Source: a virus. Taken from it: DNA of 11,525 bases. This document shows positions 7,428-11,525 of the stretch, piece after piece; position 1 is the stretch's first letter; every line of letters begins with the position of its first letter. The notes under the pieces are model-generated. The model made no database searches. It was not told where the DNA came from and was given only the letters and a program-made list of their open reading frames with translations. The stretch is taken from UHGV virus genome UHGV-1357462; one strand, written 5' to 3'. Made by a program: the position numbers and the translations under genes.

Positions 7428-7676
7428 TTAGTGAACAAACCACTCGTCAGCAGATTCCCAGGTATCTTTCAGAGTCTCCTGAACAAAAGTTTTTGCAGAA
7501 TCCTTATCTGCGGTGCGTGTAACAGAAAGGCCATCGTTGCTGGTGGCTTTTACGATCACCTCTACATCGTCATAACGTTTACTGATGCGTCGGGTTAATT
7601 CTTCCTTTAACGCATCCACAGCACCGGTTGGCATTTTAGTCATTTTTTCTTTGGCTATGCAGATTTCAATACGCAT
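7428..7676 (-). CDS. dinI: DinI-family protein (DNA-damage-inducible, RecA modulator-like)
   Basis: The 82-aa product [40 protein letters not shown]...[16 protein letters not shown] parallels E. coli DinI (MRIEVTIAK...GAIDAL..EL.RRI...ETWESADDWFV). It has an SD (AGAGGGA) and a LexA-controlled promoter upstream. Confidence 0.9.
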   Translation of the reverse strand: MRIEICIAKEKMTKMPTGAVDALKEELTRRISKRYDDVEVIVKATSNDGLSVTRTADKDSAKTFVQETLKDTWESADEWFVH

Positions 7677-7689
7677 AAAAGTCCCTCTA

Positions 7690-7709
7690 CACTGTGTTTG
7701 TATACAGTA
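7690..7709 (-). promoter_or_regulatory. LexA box 1 (SOS operator), between the -10 element and the SD of the dinI-like gene
   Basis: The minus strand reads TACTGTATACAAACACAGTG. This is CTGT-N8-ACAG (7692-7707), close to the consensus TACTGTATATATATACAGTA. Confidence 0.85.
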
Positions 7710-7712
7710 TTA

Positions 7713-7741
7713 TTTTTAACTGTATGAATAAACAGTGTCAA
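7713..7741 (-). promoter_or_regulatory. Sigma-70 promoter of the dinI-like gene
   Basis: On the minus strand there is TTGACA (7741-7736), a 17-nt spacer, then TAAAAA (7718-7713). The spacer is occupied by LexA box 2. Confidence 0.7.
7718..7737 (-). promoter_or_regulatory. LexA box 2 (SOS operator), filling the -35/-10 spacer
   Basis: The plus strand reads aaCTGTatgaataaACAGtg, which is CTGT-N8-ACAG at 7720-7735. Its centre is 28 bp from box 1. Confidence 0.85.
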
Positions 7742-7760
7742 TAGAACAAAGATTGCTGCA

Positions 7761-8178
7761 TGTACAAATGTTCTTTGGCTACAAATACACCTACTGATCA
7801 TGTTCTGCTATGCTCTGATACCTCCAAAATGTACAATCAGCGGCATGAATTTTTCTTTGTACATATGATTGTACATAATTAAAGAGACAACAATTATGAC
7901 AAGCCTTTTGGCCGCAGAGGTAGCGAAAAGAAGAACCTTTGCAATTATTTCTCACCCCAATAATTAAGTCCAAATTAAAGCTCTTTTACTCTTTCAAAAT
8001 CCTTTCAGTTAATTGAAGTTGAGCTATATAACTCATTTAAATACATTTGTTTATGTAGCTTCTTTAATTGAAAACTCTTTCATGTAACTTTAAATCGATC
8101 AGCTTGCTTTCATCAAAAACCTGTACATATGCTTGTACATAATGTACAAAACAGCAGAGGTGTTTTGCGATTTGTACA
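7761..8178. repeat. Two clusters of TGTACA(W)A repeats flanking the prfC-like core; candidate attP arm-type recombinase or RDF binding sites
   Basis: There are eight TGTACA hexamers, at 7761, 7830, 7858, 7870 | 8122, 8134, 8143, 8173, and I found none elsewhere in the window. A 22-bp direct repeat, tgtacatatgAttgtacataat (7858-7879) vs tgtacatatgCttgtacataat (8122-8143), has one mismatch. Confidence 0.6.
7896..7967 (+). other. prfC: Surrogate 5' end of prfC (RF3), 23 codons, containing the probable att core
   Basis: It translates as [23 protein letters not shown]-stop. E. coli PrfC starts [28 protein letters not shown], so similarity runs through ...ISHP (to about nt 7958) and then breaks. 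The fragment lies 220 bp upstream of the integrase on the same strand. Confidence 0.75.
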
Positions 8179-8187
8179 AGGTGAGTA

Positions 8188-9411
8188 ATGGCGCTGTCTG
8201 ATGCGTGGTTGCGTTCAGTCGTTGGAAAGGAACGTGATAAGGTTTTGGTTAAATCCGATCGTGATGGTCTGTCTGTCAGAGTATCACCGAAAGGTCGCGT
8301 AGTGTTCCAATATCGTTATCAATGGGCAGGGAAAGGTGAGCGTCTTGATATCGGAACTTACCCGGCAACTGGATTAAAAGAGGCCAGAGAAGAAGTTATC
8401 CGTCTTCGTGGTGAACTCGAGTCAAACCGTAATCCACGATTGGTCAAGCAGGCTGAAAAACGAAAAGCTACTGAAGCCATGACGGTAGAGTCTGTGATCC
8501 GTGCTTGGTATGAAGCATATTGTGTAAAAAATAAAAAAGGTTCTGAACAGATACTTCGCTCGTTTGAGCTGCACCTGTTCTCTAAAATCGGGAATATCCC
8601 TCACGATGCAGCTACATTGCATGATTGGTTAGAAGTCCTGGAGCCTCTTAGCACTAAGACTCCAGCAATAGCAGACCGATTGCTAATTAACGCAAAGCAG
8701 GCCCATGTCTGGGCGTATAAGAGAAAGCTCATTGAAACTCGCCCGCTGTCGGATATCACGGGTAAAGATATGGATATCCGTAAAGGTCAGAAGAAACGGT
8801 TTCTGACACATGATGAAATTAAAATCCTTTATGCTGCGATCGATGGTTCTCGAATGGTTCCTAAATACCGGGCCTTCATTAAACTATTGCTGCATTTTGG
8901 TTGCCGTAGTTCAGAGCTAATTACCGCCCGGGTGGACGATTTTGATTTCATTAATAAAGTATGGACTGTACCACCAGAACGACATAAGACAGGGGAGATA
9001 ACAGGCGAACCGCTAAAGCGGCCCATTATTGAACCGGTTGAAGAGCTTATAAAGTACGCTATCTCTATGAACAATGGTTCCGATATGCTTTTTACTAAGG
9101 AAGGAAGCAGGGAACCCGTTGGTCGGACATCATTGCAGTCGCTGCCTTACAATTTAATGCAGTACGCATGGCGGTGTTTAGGATATCAATTCCCTCATTG
9201 GTCTCTTCATGACTTGAGACGTACAGCTCGAACAAATTTTTCTGATCTTACTGCGCCTCATATCGCAGAAATTATGCTTGGTCATAAGCTGCCAGGGGTA
9301 TGGCAAGTTTATGATAAGAGCGATTATCTAGAAGAACAGCGTAAAGCTTACCTGGCATGGTGGAAGAGGGTTGAATCGATTGTTAATTGTACTATCTCTG
9401 ATTCAAACTGA
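8188..9411 (+). CDS. int: Tyrosine integrase, P4/SXT-like (DUF4102 N-terminal arm-binding domain plus catalytic domain)
   Basis: 407-aa ORF. The N-terminus LSDAWLRSV...DGLSVRVSPKGRVVFQYRYQWAGKGERLDIGTYPATGLKEAREE is the DUF4102 pattern. Catalytic signatures are present: FGCRSSEL (Arg), WSLHDLRRTART (H-x-x-R) and MLGHK...WQVYDKS (His...Tyr). Confidence 0.9.
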   Translation: MALSDAWLRSVVGKERDKVLVKSDRDGLSVRVSPKGRVVFQYRYQWAGKGERLDIGTYPATGLKEAREEVIRLRGELESNRNPRLVKQAEKRKATEAMTVESVIRAWYEAYCVKNKKGSEQILRSFELHLFSKIGNIPHDAATLHDWLEVLEPLSTKTPAIADRLLINAKQAHVWAYKRKLIETRPLSDITGKDMDIRKGQKKRFLTHDEIKILYAAIDGSRMVPKYRAFIKLLLHFGCRSSELITARVDDFDFINKVWTVPPERHKTGEITGEPLKRPIIEPVEELIKYAISMNNGSDMLFTKEGSREPVGRTSLQSLPYNLMQYAWRCLGYQFPHWSLHDLRRTARTNFSDLTAPHIAEIMLGHKLPGVWQVYDKSDYLEEQRKAYLAWWKRVESIVNCTISDSN

Positions 9412-9697
9412 CGGTTTGTATCACCTGAACATAACCAAATCTCCTAGCACACTTTGAGCGAGATGTGAGCGTTAAGTTTACGCCATTGTGTTGACATAAG
9501 AGGGGGGCGGGTATCGATATCATCACTATCCCTATGCCCCTAAATCGCTCCTGCCATTTGATAAATGCAGATGTTTACCACCAAATGTTTTTGATACTAT
9601 AGGTCGATTCATGATTTACCTAGAAACTTAGTTGTAACGAAAACTTCTTAACGGACACTATCTGGATAAAGTTAGTTTTTTATTTAAGAGGGTTAAC

Positions 9698-10417
9698 ATG
9701 TCAAAGTTAAAAAATGAACCATTAGTAAGGGTATCAGAAGAAGACGGAATAGAAATAAGGAAGATCCAATATCCAGATAATACGATAGAAAGAATTTATA
9801 AGCAGAAAGGTGTAATATTACCACGAATACCTTTAAAAGGCCGCTTTGTAGAACAATATGTGGCCTTACAGTTGCTTGATAAAGATCTTCGGAATGTTAT
9901 TGGTTGGGAGAATATAATAAAAAACATTTGTAATAACATTAATAAAGAACAACACTTTATTTATCCGGATTTAGAAAAGAATCTAATATTAAAGTCTTTA
10001 TTTATATCAAAAGTTGTTACTTACGGTAAGTGTTTTACAGAGGCGAAAGGGCGTCGATTCACATTGCAGAGAAAGCATGTGCCAGAAAAATACAGAGATT
10101 TACATGATTCTATTATGAATGTTAGACATAACTTTGCTGCCCATAAAGGTGAATTCGAATATGATCAATGTGGCTTGGTTTTAATATTGCCGGGGACCAA
10201 GAAGAAAAGGTACTATCATATTTTTTCAGAGCTCAATCAAATAAATTACGGTAATAATGAGGAAGATGATGAACGTTTTTTTATGTTATATGATTCACTG
10301 CGTGAAGTCATTAAAGAAAAACAAGATAAATTAATTGATAAAATATACGCTGAAAAGATTCATACTCAAACAATGGAGTATTGGTTGAGCCGAGCAGGAA
10401 AAGAAACAGAGATTTAA
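9698..10417 (+). CDS. Orphan hypothetical protein, 239 aa, very AT-rich; possible HEPN-like (R-x5-H) abortive-infection or exclusion protein
   Basis: It is an isolated ORF with an SD (AAGAGGG, 9686-9692) and ~280-bp non-coding flanks. I recognise no family. The motif V-R143-H-N-F-A-A-H149 (nt 10124-10144) is present. The composition contrasts strongly with the phage backbone. Confidence 0.6.
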   Translation: MSKLKNEPLVRVSEEDGIEIRKIQYPDNTIERIYKQKGVILPRIPLKGRFVEQYVALQLLDKDLRNVIGWENIIKNICNNINKEQHFIYPDLEKNLILKSLFISKVVTYGKCFTEAKGRRFTLQRKHVPEKYRDLHDSIMNVRHNFAAHKGEFEYDQCGLVLILPGTKKKRYYHIFSELNQINYGNNEEDDERFFMLYDSLREVIKEKQDKLIDKIYAEKIHTQTMEYWLSRAGKETEI

Positions 10418-10613
10418 TTTGTTCAGTATATAAAAGCTAATTTTTAAGGAGTAATTTTAAGATGATTAAAGCTGATTACATTGCGATAGGTACTCTACGA
10501 CTAACTTTTCAACAAGATTAAGGGGGTAATCAATTTTATTTGTATCAATGGTATGACATTTCTTGGTGATAATGTTTTGATCTTATCGATTCATGTCATA
10601 TGGTCATTGGTGA

Positions 10614-10639
10614 CGTCCGCTCTTGGTAAAGAGTGGACG
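10614..10639. other. Stem-loop between the convergent orf239 and xis
   Basis: cgtccgctctt-ggta-aagagtggacg forms an 11-bp stem with one G-U pair. No U-tract follows on either strand, so it is not a canonical intrinsic terminator. Confidence 0.4.
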
Positions 10640-10699
10640 CTCAGATTAGGTTTGGCATCTAAGCATAGATGTGTCAGCTCACATCTAAGCTAATACATA

Positions 10700-10894
10700 T
10701 TACTCAATCACTCCCGCAAATCTGTAAATCTTGTGTGATGCCCATTTATTTGGGCAGGATTTAATATCAGGATCTGGAAAGTCAGGCCTGTATTTCTGAC
10801 CAGTTCTCCTGTTTACGCTGTTCCAGCGAAGAACTGTCGATACTGAAACACCACAGAAATCGGCGACTTGTTTAGTTGTCATTAAGTTGTTCAT
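10700..10894 (-). CDS. xis: AlpA-family excisionase / recombination directionality factor (HTH)
   Basis: The 64-aa product has MTTKQVADFCGVSVSTVLRWNS...FPDPD...NKWASHKIYRF, which fits the AlpA/Xis winged-helix pattern (l..keva.l.gvS.sTv.rW....FP.P....rW). Its start overlaps the upstream stop (TAATG). This RDF type typically partners with P4-like integrases. Confidence 0.8.
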   Translation of the reverse strand: MNNLMTTKQVADFCGVSVSTVLRWNSVNRRTGQKYRPDFPDPDIKSCPNKWASHKIYRFAGVIE

Positions 10895-11525
10895 TACTTC
10901 ACCTCCTGCGGCGGCTCCGGTAGTGGCATCCAGTGGGTTACTTTCGATGCCTGTTCTTCCTCATTGTCAGTAACTGCCCACCATTTGTTTCTCGACCAAT
11001 CGTAATACCCTTCGAAGGTATCGCACTCAGTCCAGCCGTAAGACTTCCCCCAACACCAAACATACTGTTTATCATTCGGCATTCGCTCACTACAGCTTAT
11101 CCAACCACCCGGACTTACCGGAGAGTTGCCAGACAGCGCGTTCTGCAGCCGTTCCAGCTTAACGTATTCCTGAACCCTGTTTCCGTCGCACACCTGAAGC
11201 CATTGCGCAGCCTTTTGCGCATCAGTGTGAAAGGCACAAGTGCGACCGTCATCAAATTGCATTTCGTAGAGGTCAGCAACTTGTTCAAACTGCGTGTGTG
11301 GTGACTTGTAAGTTTGGTTTACAGGTTCGGCACCATGAAGCATGGCGGCGCGGCAGGCGTTCCAGCCTTCATCAAAACCGACTATGCCATTATTTAAAGA
11401 CGGACGAGCATCTGGCACTACCGGCACTGGCTTGGCTATATATAGCGGCTGAACATACCAGCCCTTTGATAACCAACTGTCAGCAATGTTTTTACACCTC
11501 GTTATTGCCGGAATACCTAAGCCAT
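10894..11525 (-). CDS. DUF551-domain early-region protein; the 5' end probably lies beyond the window
   Basis: The C-terminus GGWISCSERMPNDKQYVWCW...WWAVTDNEEEQASKVTHWMPLPEPP is the DUF551 pattern common in lambdoid early-left operons. The tracked start is GTG 11427 without an SD. The frame stays open with no stop up to nt 11525, so the gene is likely 5'-partial. Confidence 0.7.
   Translation of the reverse strand, partial: GLGIPAITRCKNIADSWLSKGWYVQPLYIAKPVPVVPDARPSLNNGIVGFDEGWNACRAAMLHGAEPVNQTYKSPHTQFEQVADLYEMQFDDGRTCAFHTDAQKAAQWLQVCDGNRVQEYVKLERLQNALSGNSPVSPGGWISCSERMPNDKQYVWCWGKSYGWTECDTFEGYYDWSRNKWWAVTDNEEEQASKVTHWMPLPEPPQEVK

Noticed and set aside
7791-7973. A 60-aa minus-strand ORF (MDLIIGVRNNCKGSS...).
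   Set aside because: It is antisense to the prfC-like fragment and runs through the TGTACA repeat cluster. It is Cys-rich with odd composition, has no SD, and is best explained as a chance ORF in att DNA.
8422-9074. Minus-strand ORFs inside the integrase gene (8422-8622 and 8829-9074), and the 10933-11304 ORF antisense to the DUF551 gene.
   Set aside because: They are nested antisense in confidently assigned genes, with no supporting signals.
9491-9520. A perfect TTGACA (9491-9496) as a promoter for orf239.
   Set aside because: No acceptable -10 hexamer follows at 16-19 nt spacing (tcgata, cgatat, gatatc). It also lies about 200 bp from the ATG. The orf239 promoter remains unassigned.
1-11525. 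CRISPR arrays, tRNA/tmRNA genes (common att targets), rRNA, and retron- or DGR-like repeats.
   Set aside because: I noticed no regularly spaced direct repeats, no cloverleaf-like GC-rich 70-90-nt segments near the integrase, no reverse-transcriptase ORF, and no template/variable repeat pair. The att target here appears to be the protein-coding prfC 5' end instead.

Overview
This is temperate-phage DNA. It runs from the tail module, across the attachment and recombination region, into the early-left operon. That gene order fits a vegetative/attP-type map or a junction of tandem elements.

1-5.9 kb: a GC-rich, translationally coupled baseplate/tail operon. It is syntenic with Mu gp44-gp48 and with E. 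coli e14 (jayE-ymfQ-stfP-tfaP-tfaE-stfE-pinE). It encodes a hub (5'-partial), spike V, a gp46-like protein, a J-like protein, a YmfQ-like protein and a short tail fibre. These are followed by a Mu-G/e14-P-type invertible host-range cassette (Sv-Tfa / Tfa'-Sv') bounded by 26-bp hix/gix-like sites. The adjacent Gin/Pin-family invertase is cut off after about codon 115 and has no HTH domain.

5.9-10.7 kb: AT-rich accessory DNA.
- A ClpP/SppA-fold (SDH-family-like) serine protease with an acidic tail.
- A DinI-family gene behind a textbook SOS promoter with two LexA boxes.
- A 23-codon surrogate 5' end of prfC sitting between two clusters of TGTACA repeats (attP-like).
- A P4/SXT-type tyrosine integrase.
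- An orphan, very AT-rich 239-aa gene carrying an R-x5-H (HEPN-like) motif.

10.7-11.5 kb: an AlpA-type excisionase and a DUF551-type early gene on the minus strand.

No rRNA, tRNA, CRISPR array or IS element was seen. The best candidates for something new are the orphan gene wedged between int and xis, and the protease in the slot that holds mcrA in e14. All functional calls come from reading the translations and from remembered family signatures, not from database searches.
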